A stretch of DNA of 64,000 nucleotides from Candidatus Velthaea sp. (GTDB lineage Bacteria; Vulcanimicrobiota; Vulcanimicrobiia; Vulcanimicrobiales; Vulcanimicrobiaceae). Location: the NCBI GenBank assembly GCA_050012475.1, contig JBEKHC010000005.1:1-64000 (forward strand), in the 5' to 3' direction. Below the pieces are notes generated by a model. The model had not been told where the DNA came from. It worked only from the letters and a program-made list of their open reading frames with translations, and did not search any database. Below, one piece after another: positions 29,088-39,345 of the stretch. Position 1 is the first letter of the stretch. Each line of letters opens with the position of its first letter. A program made the position numbers and the translations under genes.

Positions 29088-31880
29088 ATGGCCATCGCTC
29101 CGCCCCGCACCGCCGCCGACGGCGCCCAAACCGAAACGCTCACCACGTTTTCGCTGAACGGGCAAGACGTCACGGCGCGGCTGGCCGAAACGATCCTGCA
29201 AGCCGCCGACCGGCACGGCGTGGCCATCCCGCGCCTGTGCTACAAAAACGGTTACCGTCCCGATGGCAACTGCCGCGCGTGCATGGTCGAGATCGAAGGC
29301 GAACGGGTATTGGCGCCGTCGTGTTGCCGCGTTCCCACGCCGGGGATGAAGGTGACGTCCGACAACGAGCGCGCGCGGCGCGCGCAAAAGCTGGTCGTCG
29401 AACTGTTGCTCTCCGACATGCCCGGGCAGTCGGCGTCGCCCTACAAACGCGATTCGGAGCTGGACCGCTGGGCCGCTGCGCTCGCCGTCGGTGCGCCGCG
29501 CTTCCCGGAAAGGCGGCAGCCGCCGCCGGATCTTTCGCATCCGGCGATGTCGGTCAATCTCGACGCCTGCATCCAGTGCGGACGCTGCGTGCGCGCTTGC
29601 CGCGAAGTGCAGGTCAACGATGTGATCGGCTATGCCGGGCGCGGCGCGCATGCCAAAATCGTGTTCGACCTCGACGATCCGATGGCAGCGAGTTCGTGCG
29701 TTGCCTGCGGCGAGTGCGTGCAGGCCTGTCCGACGGGCGCCTTGATGCCGTCGAACAACGTCGGCCTGATCGTGCCCGATACGAAAATCGATTCGGCGTG
29801 TCCGTACTGCGGCGTCGGGTGTTTGTTGACGTTCAACGTCAAGGAGAACACGATTCTCTCCGTCGACGGCCGCAACGGGCCCTCGAACGCGAGCCGGCTG
29901 TGCGTCAAAGGCCGCTTCGGCTTCGACTACATTCACAACCAGAACCGGCTGACGACCCCGCTCATCCGCCGCACCGGCGTACCCAAAAGCGCCGAGCTCG
30001 TCGATCCCGAAGCGCTCGAGAGCGTCTTTCGCGAAGCGACGTGGGAAGAAGCGCTCGACGCCGCGGCGGCCGGGCTGCGCGCGATTCGCGATGCGCAGGG
30101 TCCGTCGGCGCTGGCCGGGTTCGGCTCGGCCAAAGGCTCGAACGAAGAAGCGTACCTGTTTCAAAAACTCGTGCGCACGGGATTCGGAACGAACAACGTC
30201 GATCATTGCACGCGCTTGTGTCATGCCTCGTCGGTGGCGGCGCTGCTCGAGGACATCGGCTCGGGCGGCGTCTCGAACCAAGTCGCCGACGTGTTGCTGG
30301 CCGACGTCGCGATCGTGATCGGCTCGAATCCGACCGTCAACCATCCCGTCGCCGCGACGTTCATGAAGAACGCGGCAAAAGCCGGAACCAAACTCATCGT
30401 CATGGACCCGCGCCGCAACGACATGGCGCGCCACGCGGCCTACTATTTGCAGTTCCGTGCCGACACCGATGTCGCGCTGCTCAACGCGTTCATGCACACG
30501 ATCATCGAAGAGGGGCTGGCGGACGAGGCGTTCATCCGCGAGCGCACCGAGAACTATGCCGCGCTCGCGGCGCTCGTTGCCGACTATCGCCCGGAGAAGG
30601 TCGCGCCGGTTACCGGGATCGATGCGAAAACGATCCGCGAAGTCGCGCGGCTGTATGCGACGTCGAAACGTTCGATGATCTTTTGGGGCATGGGCATCTC
30701 GCAGCACGTTCACGGGACCGACAACGCGCGCTGCCTGATCTCGTTGGCGCTGTTGACCGGGCAGATCGGCCGCCCGGGCACCGGACTGCATCCGCTGCGC
30801 GGACAAAATAACGTCCAAGGCGCTTCGGACGTGGGCCTCATCCCCATGTCGTTCCCCGACTACGCGCGAGTCGACAACCCCGCCGCGCACGAACGCTTCG
30901 AGGCGCTGTGGGGCATGCCGCTCGATTCCAAACCGGGCCTGACCGTTACCGAAGTCATGGATGCGGCGCATGCCGGGACGCTGCGCGGCATGTACATCAT
31001 GGGCGAGAACCCCGCGATGTCCGACCCGAACGTCGCGCACGCGCGCGATGCGATGGTGCTTTTGGAGCATCTCGTGGTCCAGGACATTTTCTTCACCGAG
31101 ACCGCCGGTTTCGCCGACGTGATTTTGCCCGCGTCGGCCTTCCCGGAGAAGACCGGCACGTTCACCAACACCGACCGGCGCGTGCAGATGGGGCGCAAAG
31201 CCGTCGACCCTCCCGGCCAGGCGCGTCAGGATCTGTGGATCATCACCGAACTCGCGCGGCGCATCGGACTGGACTGGAATTACCGCGGGCCGCAGGACGT
31301 GTTCGCCGAGATCCGGCGGGCGACGCCGTCGATGGCCGGCATCACCTGGGAACGGCTCGAAGCGGAGGGGTCGTGCACGTATCCGCTCGAGCATGAAGGC
31401 GACCCCGGGCAGCCGGTGATCTTCGTCGATTCGTTTCCGCGCGCGGGCGGCCGCGCGCTGTTCGCGCCGGCGGCGTTCAGCGCCGCGGCCGAACTGCCCG
31501 ACGACGCGTACCCCTTCATCTTCACGACCGGACGGCAGCTCGAGCACTGGCATACGGGATCGATGACGCGGCGCGCCAGCGTCCTCGACGCGCTCGAACC
31601 CGAGCCCACCATCGTCATCCATCCCGACGATCTCGCGGCGGCCGGCGCCGAACCCGGCGGCACGCTGACGCTCGAGTCGCGGCGCGGCACGCTGACGGCG
31701 AGTGCGCGCGCCGACCGCGGCATGCAGCGCGGCACGCTCTTCATGGCCTTCGCATACAATGAAGCCGCGGCGAATCTGCTCACCAACGACGCGATCGATC
31801 CGTTCGGGAAGATCCCCGAGTTCAAGTTCTGCGCCGTGCGCTTGCGCGCTGGAGGAAATCTCGTTGCCTCGCTTTTGTAG
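29088..31880 (+). CDS. fdhF: Formate dehydrogenase alpha subunit (Mo/W-bisPGD, Cys-liganded, Fdh1A-like)
   Basis: 2Fe-2S (LC..GNCRAC..C), two CxxCxxCxxxC, CPYCGVGC, DHCTRLCHASS, PLRGQNNVQG, PEFK. Confidence 0.95.
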   Translation: MAIAPPRTAADGAQTETLTTFSLNGQDVTARLAETILQAADRHGVAIPRLCYKNGYRPDGNCRACMVEIEGERVLAPSCCRVPTPGMKVTSDNERARRAQKLVVELLLSDMPGQSASPYKRDSELDRWAAALAVGAPRFPERRQPPPDLSHPAMSVNLDACIQCGRCVRACREVQVNDVIGYAGRGAHAKIVFDLDDPMAASSCVACGECVQACPTGALMPSNNVGLIVPDTKIDSACPYCGVGCLLTFNVKENTILSVDGRNGPSNASRLCVKGRFGFDYIHNQNRLTTPLIRRTGVPKSAELVDPEALESVFREATWEEALDAAAAGLRAIRDAQGPSALAGFGSAKGSNEEAYLFQKLVRTGFGTNNVDHCTRLCHASSVAALLEDIGSGGVSNQVADVLLADVAIVIGSNPTVNHPVAATFMKNAAKAGTKLIVMDPRRNDMARHAAYYLQFRADTDVALLNAFMHTIIEEGLADEAFIRERTENYAALAALVADYRPEKVAPVTGIDAKTIREVARLYATSKRSMIFWGMGISQHVHGTDNARCLISLALLTGQIGRPGTGLHPLRGQNNVQGASDVGLIPMSFPDYARVDNPAAHERFEALWGMPLDSKPGLTVTEVMDAAHAGTLRGMYIMGENPAMSDPNVAHARDAMVLLEHLVVQDIFFTETAGFADVILPASAFPEKTGTFTNTDRRVQMGRKAVDPPGQARQDLWIITELARRIGLDWNYRGPQDVFAEIRRATPSMAGITWERLEAEGSCTYPLEHEGDPGQPVIFVDSFPRAGGRALFAPAAFSAAAELPDDAYPFIFTTGRQLEHWHTGSMTRRASVLDALEPEPTIVIHPDDLAAAGAEPGGTLTLESRRGTLTASARADRGMQRGTLFMAFAYNEAAANLLTNDAIDPFGKIPEFKFCAVRLRAGGNLVASLL

Positions 31881-32424
31881 ATCCGCCCGGGCTGTGAGCA
31901 TCGCGGCGCTGCTGTTGTTCGCGCTTAGCCGCGGCGCGGGGGCGCAGAACGTCCCCGAAACGGCGACGCCGACGCCGGTCGACGCCGATCGCGCCGCGGT
32001 CGCGGCGATCGTGATGGAGTCGGTCAGCGACGTCAAGCGGTGCGGCCTCGCGACCGAAAAGTCGAACGATCCCGAGGTGCGTTTGCTGTGCCGCAAAGGC
32101 TCCGCCGAGAGCGCACGAACGGCCATCGCGGGCATGCAGTTGGCGCAGACCCTGGGTGGGCCGGCCGCCAAGTTACAACCGTCCCCCCAGACGTCCGCCG
32201 AACTCGATACGCTCGCGCAGTATTCGGGACAAGACTTCGATCGCGAATTCTTGCTGGCCGAAATCCGGGACCGGTCCGGCGAGGAGCTTGACGTGCGCTA
32301 CGCCGTCGAAGTCGCCAACGACAAATCCGTCAAATCGTACGAAGACGGCGTGCTGCCCAAGCTCGCAGACCAGCTCGAACGCGCCGAGGGCGCTCTACGC
32401 CGAATCAGCGAAGCGTCGCCCTAG
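31864..32424 (+). CDS. Exported DUF4142 (ferritin-like) domain protein
   Basis: Signal-like N-terminus; A.EKS.DPEVR, L...SG.DFDREF, VK.Y....LP.L; GGAGG before TTG. Confidence 0.7.
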   Translation: MPRFCRSARAVSIAALLLFALSRGAGAQNVPETATPTPVDADRAAVAAIVMESVSDVKRCGLATEKSNDPEVRLLCRKGSAESARTAIAGMQLAQTLGGPAAKLQPSPQTSAELDTLAQYSGQDFDREFLLAEIRDRSGEELDVRYAVEVANDKSVKSYEDGVLPKLADQLERAEGALRRISEASP

Positions 32425-32751
32425 ATACGGTGTTGGTTGTCAAGGGTTTTCGCGCCTCCGGGCGCGCAGGCCGTGCTCGACGCGATCTGCGGATCGCGTC
32501 TGTGCCGGCCTTTCAGGGTGGTTCATCGAGCCATTCCGTAGGCGGGGTCAAAGTGAAGCCGGATTTGAGCTCGCCGTAAGCCAGCGTGGGCAGCTTGCAC
32601 ATTGCAGCGGCAACGATGGTCATTTTGGCCGCGATTGCGTAGTCGCTCGGCGAGGGCACGAATTGGCGGATTGTGATTGTAACGAATCGCGGTGATCGCG
32701 GGAAAGAAAAGTGCCCGTCGCCTTACCCGTCTTGACGAGCCGACTTCGACG
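32423..32751 (-). mobile_element. IS110-family (IS621-like) transposase 3' remnant with right end
   Basis: Minus strand across frameshifts: RSRLVKTG / RALFFPAITAIRYNHNPPIRALAERLRNRG / KMTIVAAAMCKLPTLAYGELKSG / FDPAY; ends TTGACAaccaacACCGTATCT. Confidence 0.8.
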
Positions 32752-32769
32752 CTCTATCGAGCTGGACTG

Positions 32770-33608
32770 TTAGCGAAGCCGGCTGCGCACTCCCATGCCG
32801 AACAAGGGCGGCGGTAGCAGCCGGCGGAGTAGATGCATCGTATGGGCGTCGGTGCCGACGCGGGTGCGGAGTGCGGGGCGTCGCGCCGTGATCGCTTTCT
32901 CTACCGCGCGCCCAACGGCGTCGGGCGCGGTCCCGTTGCTAACGCTGCGCTCGAGCAACCGAGCGATCGCGGAGCGCATGTCCCCATACGCTGCGATCGT
33001 CGTCGCCGTGGCCGCTCTATTTGCACTAAAATTCGTTTTGATGTAACCCGGCTCGATCAGCAGCGCGCGCAGGCCGAACGGCGAGATTTCGTAGTCGAGC
33101 TTTCTACGTAACCCTCGAGCGCGTGTTTCGAGGCGCAATAAAACGGCTCGAACGGCGTCGGCAAGAAGCCGGCGATCGAGCCGATCGTGACGAGCCGGCC
33201 GCAGCCTCGGCTACGCATTGCAGGAAGCACCGCCCGGCAGAGCCGCTGCACCCCAAAAAAATTCGTGTCAAAAAGTGCCAGGGCTTGCTCGGTCGTTGCT
33301 TCCTCAAACGCGCCGAGCAAATCGAGGCCCGCATTGTTGACGATCGCATCGATGCGGCCGGTTCTGTTGAGCACCTCGGAGACCGCAGCCGCGACGCTCT
33401 CGTCGCTCGTGACGTCCATAGCGAGCACATCCGGACCATGGCTCTCCGGATCCGGCCGACGCATCGTTGAAAAGACTCGCCTGCCTGAGTTGCGCAGCCT
33501 GGTCACGATTGCCGCGCCAATGCCGCCTGAGGCTCCCGTGACGACGACGGTCTCTCGGCCATCGCTGGTTATCTCTGGCGTCTGACTCAGGATGGTGTTC
33601 GACATCAT
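32770..33608 (-). pseudogene. SDR oxidoreductase split by a 1-nt frameshift
   Basis: TGASGGIG, NNAG, YCASKHALEGYVES in one frame; LDYEISPFGLRALLIEPG continues in another (shift near 33100). Confidence 0.85.
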
Positions 33609-33653
33609 TTTCAGACGTTTATCTAATCAGAGCGGCGAACCGGCAAAAGATCT

Positions 33654-35007
33654 TTATCGGTCCGGAGACCATGCGCCATGGAATCCAAAGGGGACGCGAA
33701 CCGGCAACTTGATCGTTGCCACCGGGCGAGCTGAGAACTCTTGGGCATTTACGATTACGACATCGGAGGCATTTCCATCGGCATCATAGACGTAATCCAA
33801 TACCCACCCGTCGTCTTCGCTCCTTGCGCTTGCGCGCGCAACGAATACCGGCTCGAAAGAAAGTCGCCCCGGACCCTCGTCGTGTAGTTCCGTTTCGCCG
33901 GTCGTAAGGTCATGCTTCATGATGGGTCCGAATCGAACGTTTTCTTTCCAGCCGGCAGTGTACCCGAAGCGATTCGGAAGATCCTCAAAGGCGCTGTTTG
34001 ATCCGCGGAAACTCGGTTCCATTCTCATCAATTATGGTTTCAACGAGCGTTCCGCTTCGTTTATTGAGTAGCCAACGAGCGAGAACGGGTTTTCCCTTCA
34101 TTGGTGCCCCGTATATCCGTCGCAAACATTTTCGGATGGCGGCACACGTATGCCACTACATTGCCGCCGCTATCGTAACTGTTCAAGAAGTGAAACACCC
34201 AGCATCGGGGGCTTGGAACCATTGAATCGAGTTTTGGATCTCACCAGATCGCGGTAGCAAACCGACGCGAGCTTCTTGCTGCTCATTCCACAAATATGGA
34301 AAAGATGACGGACCGTTCGATTTTGGTTGAAACGTGACTGGCAGATCTAAGATAATCACACTCGACGCCGTTAACGCGATATCATGTATCTGCGGCATAT
34401 GCGGAAGCGATATCTCGCAGCGCACTGTTGCAATGCCATCAATGCCGACGACGATGTATTGGACGTCTGGCTGACCGGGCTGATATGCCAAGGCGTGAAG
34501 TTCGCCCGTCGCTGGATCGCGCTTTGGATGCGCGCTGAACCCGCGTGAAAGTCCGCCTAGATTGCTACGCGCAATCGATTCGAGCTCGTACGAAAATTCG
34601 ACCGGAAACGGGCCGCCTTCAACCAAAGCATAGCATTGATTGCCAGCTCTGACGACATTCGTATTAACGGCGTAGTCGCCATTACTAGGCCCGGGAAGTG
34701 AGGGAAGTCCCATCGCTTTCGGTCCGGGGCCAACTCGGACGTACCGGCTACGATACCAGTCGGCTTTTTCGTCTGAGAGCCGCGGCCGTGAAGTAGACCT
34801 GTGCCGGTGAACCAGTGATAGTGCTGCCTATCAGGGAGCTGGCGAACCGGATTTGGCCCGATGCGAAGAAATCGACCATTTAGTTCGCGTGGGATCTCGC
34901 CTTCGAATTGGCAACGCAAACGAAGTGGTCTCGAAATCAATCGGCCCAAAATTCCCAGCAAGGTACGGATTATCGATCAACGGACTAACATCAGGCACCG
35001 ATCTCAT
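33654..35007 (-). pseudogene. Carotenoid/stilbene cleavage dioxygenase family pseudogene (multiple frameshifts)
   Basis: Ordered fragments: NPYLAGNFGP; GEIPRELNGRFLRIGPNP..HWFTG; NTNVV..FSAHPKRDPATGEL..IHDIALT; EPVFV..EDDGW..LPVRVPFGFHG. Confidence 0.88.
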
Positions 35008-35597
35008 AGCATCGGCGGCTCTCATCGTTTGCATCGAGTCTCTCCAGAAAAGCGCTCGACCTACGAGCGAACTTGTTTGCATGCCCGCATCGGTCCCGCC
35101 AGGATCCGAGGGAGTTCACCGCGCCGGAGAGCACAGATTGTTTGTGTGAGCCTCGCCGCCTTGCGCAGCCACGACGTCGTGCGCTGCGCACGGATCTTCA
35201 GTCTTTTCTACATGTTATTCATGAGGCGTCGCTCTACGGTTCCCGCGTGCTTTGTCGACACGTTTGTGATCACTGATCTGCATCCAAATATCGCATCCGA
35301 GATATTGAAAATAGCGATTTGCATTATGCTGTCGCTGGCGCGCGCTTACGGATCGACGTCCGTTGGCGTCTGAGCGCACTCGGGGCCACCAAAGAAGTCG
35401 GATCATAATAGCATGAAGGATCTGACGCTCGTCCGCTGGCGCCAAGGTTGCGAGCGAGCCGCGCAGCGGCTGCGGGCATTCGGCGGTGACGATGGACCCG
35501 AGGATCTGCCAGCGGGCGCTCGTCAGCCTCGCCCAGGCTTAGCGCCCACATACCAATCGAGGCCCAGTCGTTCTAAATTTCTGTAGAACGTCGGAAG

Positions 35598-35624
35598 TGT
35601 CACAAGTCGCCGGGCATCCCGGTC
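35598..35624 (+). promoter_or_regulatory. Predicted ECF41 (SigJ-type) promoter
   Basis: TGTCACA-N16-GGTC, 32 nt upstream of the NmrA-like ATG; the ECF41 consensus is TGTCACA-N16-CGTC. Confidence 0.7.
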
Positions 35625-35656
35625 CATTAAAGGCAACGTTCTGGCAAGGAGATCAC

Positions 35657-36517
35657 ATGAACGTTTTAGTCCTCGGTGCAACCGGACGAGTGGGGCGCGA
35701 GCTGATACCCCAGCTTTTTGACCGCGATGCGCATGTTGTGGCCGTAACCCGCCACCCGAAGAGCGCCAATTTACCGGCGCACACGACGGTCGTCCAAGGC
35801 GACCCTTCATCGCCGCAAAGCATTGCGGATGCGTTGAGCGGCATCGATGCGATCTTTCTGACGCCTTGTGCCGTTGGTGCCGCGATAGACTCGCTCCTTC
35901 GTCTTGCACGCGATTGCGGGGTCAGGCGGGTCGTCTTCATATCAGCTTTGACGGTTGAGTACGGCGGCGGAGATCCAAAGTTCAGCGATCAATTCCGCGC
36001 CGCAGAAGACATCATCAAAGCGTCAGGTCTCGATTGGACGATCCTGCGGTGCGCCGATTTCGACGCAAATAGCGGCATTTGGATCCCTCAGATCCGCTCG
36101 TCAAAAGTGGTGCGCGGTGCATATGGCGAAGCGGCCACTGCCAGTCTTCACGAGCGCGATATCGGGGCGGTAGCGGCTGTCTGTCTCACACACGACGGTC
36201 ACGTACAGGCGACCTACGGACTAACTGGTCCAGAGCGCGTTTCTCAGACCGAGAAGGTGCGACTAATCGGCGAAGCGATCGGCAAGAACCTCGTGTGGGA
36301 AGAAATGCCTGCCGAAGACGTGCGTGATGCGATGATCGCGGCAGGCGTTCCCCAAGAAGTGCCCGAGAGGATGCTTGGGTACCTCGGAAGCATCGCGGGC
36401 AAAGCGGCACCTTGCACTCAAACCGTTCAGCAACTCTTAGGGCGAGATGCGCTCTCCTTCGCTCAATGGGCGCGCGAACACTCGGCGGAGTTTTCGCAAG
36501 TTGCCATGGCGGGCTGA
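35657..36517 (+). CDS. NmrA-like NAD(P)H-binding oxidoreductase
   Basis: AAGGAG RBS; VLVLGATGRVG, SGLDWTILR, HERDIGAVAA, LTGPE. Confidence 0.9.
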   Translation: MNVLVLGATGRVGRELIPQLFDRDAHVVAVTRHPKSANLPAHTTVVQGDPSSPQSIADALSGIDAIFLTPCAVGAAIDSLLRLARDCGVRRVVFISALTVEYGGGDPKFSDQFRAAEDIIKASGLDWTILRCADFDANSGIWIPQIRSSKVVRGAYGEAATASLHERDIGAVAAVCLTHDGHVQATYGLTGPERVSQTEKVRLIGEAIGKNLVWEEMPAEDVRDAMIAAGVPQEVPERMLGYLGSIAGKAAPCTQTVQQLLGRDALSFAQWAREHSAEFSQVAMAG

Positions 36518-36586
36518 AAAGTCAGCGCGTTTTGGCGCCGTTGTAATTGCGACCGGAGCAGCATTCGAGAAGCGGGAGACTCAGTA

Positions 36587-38098
36587 GTGGAAAGTTCTAT
36601 GGACCAAACTGCCGACCAGCCGATTGACGTGGCAGTCGTGGGCGCAGGACCCGTCGGCCTGTTCCTCGCTCGAGAATTGATCCGGCGCGGACACGCCGTC
36701 AGGCTCTTTGAAAAGAACACGCACCAGTCCGAGCATTCCAAAGCGCTCGCCATCATGCCCAGGACGATGGAAGTCTTCGAATTGGCGGGAGTGGTCGCGC
36801 CGTTCGAGGCGGCGGCTAACCGCGTCATCGCCGCGAGCATCGTGTCGCACAAGCGGGAACTCGGACGGATTCCATTCGCGCCGCACGAGTCGCGCTACCC
36901 TTACGTCGCCATGGTCCCGCAGGACGTGACGGAACGGCTCCTTCACGACGCGCTCATCGCCGCCGGCGGCAGGGTGGAATATGCGACGGAGCTTGTCCGG
37001 ATCGACCAACGCAACGACGGCGCGACCCTGCACCTGGCCGCGGCCGGCGTCGAGAGCGCCTGCGAAGCGCGCTTCGTCGTCGGATGCGACGGCGCTCATA
37101 GCACCGTCCGGCACCTGATGGACGTGCCGTTCGCCGGAAACGAGTACGCCCAGACGTTCTTACTCGTCGACGCCGAGATAAGCGGCGATCAGCACGGAGA
37201 CGCGATGCAGTTGTGTCCGCACGAGTCCGGCCCGCTCGCGATTTTCCCGATGAGCGTCAGCCGGCGGCGCCTGATCGCGATGGTTCCACCTGATTTCCCG
37301 AACCAGCCGACCCTCGAACAAGCCAACGATCTTCTGCTGCGGCGCGGCCCGCGCGGCTTGCGCGCCGAGAAGATCCTCTGGTCGAGCACGTTCCGCATCC
37401 ACCATCGGCAGACGCCCCACATGCAGCAAGGCCGTCTCTTCATTGCCGGCGATGCGTCCCATATTCACAGCCCGTTCGGTGCGCAAGGAATGAACACCGG
37501 GCTTCAGGACGCGTGGAATCTTGCATGGAAGTTGGACTTCGTGCTTCGGGGCTGGGGTTCGGACGGATTGCTCGACACCTACTCACTTGAACGGCATCCC
37601 ATCGCGAAGAGCGTCATCTTCGTGACCGACGCGATCACGCGCGCGATGAGCACTCCGAACATGCTGGCCCAGACTGCGCGCGACACTTTCATCCCCCTCC
37701 TGACGCGCCTCGCCCCGTTCCGCCGCGTCTTTGTGTCGAATCTCTCAGAGCTCGGCGTTTCGATCGGCGGTTCACCAATCGTCGACGGGCCTGGGCGCCG
37801 GGCCGCGGACGCGATCGTGCGCATCGGTGGCGTCCGGAAGAGAACCTACGAAGTTCTCGGCGATCGCTACCTCCTAATTTGCCCCGCGGCCGACGCGGCC
37901 GTTGCTTCGGCGGCCGACGCGTTGGCGCGGAATTATGGCAACGCGGTGAGCGTTTGCACGCCGGGAACTGATGACGAAAGACGCGTAAGGCTCGTGCGGC
38001 CCGATGCATACGTCGCGTACGACCGCGTTCTCGGCGAAGGAGCTGCTGCGTTCGCGGCAATACGCCGCTTACTTCGGACGCAGGTGCGAACCGTCTGA
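36587..38098 (+). CDS. FAD-dependent monooxygenase (PheA/TfdB-like)
   Basis: VVGAGPVGL, VGCDGAHSTVR, FIAGDASHIHSPFGAQGMNTGLQDAWNLAWKL. Confidence 0.92.
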   Translation: MESSMDQTADQPIDVAVVGAGPVGLFLARELIRRGHAVRLFEKNTHQSEHSKALAIMPRTMEVFELAGVVAPFEAAANRVIAASIVSHKRELGRIPFAPHESRYPYVAMVPQDVTERLLHDALIAAGGRVEYATELVRIDQRNDGATLHLAAAGVESACEARFVVGCDGAHSTVRHLMDVPFAGNEYAQTFLLVDAEISGDQHGDAMQLCPHESGPLAIFPMSVSRRRLIAMVPPDFPNQPTLEQANDLLLRRGPRGLRAEKILWSSTFRIHHRQTPHMQQGRLFIAGDASHIHSPFGAQGMNTGLQDAWNLAWKLDFVLRGWGSDGLLDTYSLERHPIAKSVIFVTDAITRAMSTPNMLAQTARDTFIPLLTRLAPFRRVFVSNLSELGVSIGGSPIVDGPGRRAADAIVRIGGVRKRTYEVLGDRYLLICPAADAAVASAADALARNYGNAVSVCTPGTDDERRVRLVRPDAYVAYDRVLGEGAAAFAAIRRLLRTQVRTV

Positions 38099-38416
38099 GC
38101 CTTCACGAGTGCTGAACTCAACGATTCGTTCCAAGCGTTGATCCCGCTTCGACTGAAAGCAACCGCACTTGCGACTGGTTCAGCGGCGCACCGGGACGAT
38201 CTTAAAGGCTATACAGGCTCCGAACGGTAAAATGATCAGCCAGTTCCAGCGACTCCGGGTTCCGCATCGCCGGTAGGGGATGGTCGTGAAGGTTATCGCG
38301 ATGGCCGCCATCACAGGGGTGATGATCGTGGAACCGCCTAGGCACGTGCCTTCAGCGATGACGTTCTCCGAGCGCCTCCTGCGCCACATCCAAGGCGCCG
38401 TGCCGGTCTCATAGAC

Positions 38417-39310
38417 ATGGGCGACCCTTCTTCCGACGCCGATCGTTTGGCGGAGTTTAGCCAGTATCGACCGCTTCTATTTTCGATCGCGTATCGCATG
38501 CTCGGCACCGTGACGGACGCCGAGGATATGCTTCAAGAAGCTTTTATTCGCTTGCAGCGTTCGACCGACGAGGATATACGTAACCCTCGGGCGTTTCTGC
38601 TGACGATCATCACGAGGCTGTGTCTCAATCAATTGCAGTCGTCGCGAGTGAAACGTGAGCAGTACATCGGCCACTGGCTGCCCGAGCCGATCGTGACCGA
38701 CGACCCGAACGATCCGCTGGCTGTCCTCCGAGTTGATGAATCGCTTTCGATGGCGCTACTGGTGTTGCTTGAGCGCCTTACGCCGGTAGAGCGCGCGGTG
38801 TTCATACTGCGGGAGGTCTTCGACTTCAAGTATCCGGAGATCGCCGCGACTCTAGGTCAAACTGAAGCGAATTGCCGGCAGCTGCTCCATCGAGCTCGAG
38901 GACACATCGGAACCATACGCCGCCGCTCCAGGGTGTCGATGCCGCAGCACAGAATCCTTGTCGAGCGATTTATCGAAGCCACGCGCACCGGTGATCTGAA
39001 TGGGCTACTGGCCTTGCTTTCCAGCGATGTTCGTTTGCACAGCGACGGCGGCGGCAAAGGGAAGGCCGTCTCCAACATCGTCAACGGATCGGACAAAGTT
39101 GGACGGGCAGTGATACTTGGTATGGCGCATTACCTTCCGCGCGAGTTGGTGTCCAAACCTACGTGGATCAACGGCGACCCTGGCGTGGTTTCCTATTTGA
39201 ACGGAACCCCGTACTCCGTTCTCGCCTTGGATGTTTGCGACGGTTTGGTGAAAACACTGTTTGTCGTTACGAATCCCGATAAGCTTACGCACCTTCCAAT
39301 GCAGCCATGA
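38417..39310 (+). CDS. sigJ: ECF sigma factor, ECF41/SigJ group with SnoaL-like C-terminal extension
   Basis: AYRMLG..DAED, YIGHWLPEP, LERLTPVERAVF, SDGGGK, NPDKL. Confidence 0.92.
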   Translation: MGDPSSDADRLAEFSQYRPLLFSIAYRMLGTVTDAEDMLQEAFIRLQRSTDEDIRNPRAFLLTIITRLCLNQLQSSRVKREQYIGHWLPEPIVTDDPNDPLAVLRVDESLSMALLVLLERLTPVERAVFILREVFDFKYPEIAATLGQTEANCRQLLHRARGHIGTIRRRSRVSMPQHRILVERFIEATRTGDLNGLLALLSSDVRLHSDGGGKGKAVSNIVNGSDKVGRAVILGMAHYLPRELVSKPTWINGDPGVVSYLNGTPYSVLALDVCDGLVKTLFVVTNPDKLTHLPMQP

Positions 39311-39345
39311 CTTCGCTGCAGCCATGACCTCGCTCCGACTCGTCC

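Noticed and set aside
29088..31880. Selenocysteine formate dehydrogenase, or complex I nuoEFG
   Set aside because: The active site is CTRLCH with Cys and there is no in-frame TGA. FDH catalytic motifs are present and no other nuo genes are adjacent.
28944..32171. 1075-aa minus-strand ORF, and similar long ORFs at 3882-5330, 27263-29227, 52420-54255 and 57587-59509
   Set aside because: Antisense shadows of well-supported genes. They are Arg-rich, lack motifs, and are expected in high-GC DNA.
38180..38389. 69-aa hydrophobic ORF upstream of sigJ
   Set aside because: Possibly a membrane-protein remnant, but I recognise no family or RBS.
39301..39334. 17-bp tandem near-duplication GCAGCCATGAC(T/C)TCGCT at the sigJ stop
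   Set aside because: Only two copies with no spacer; most likely a local slippage duplication, not a CRISPR or functional array.
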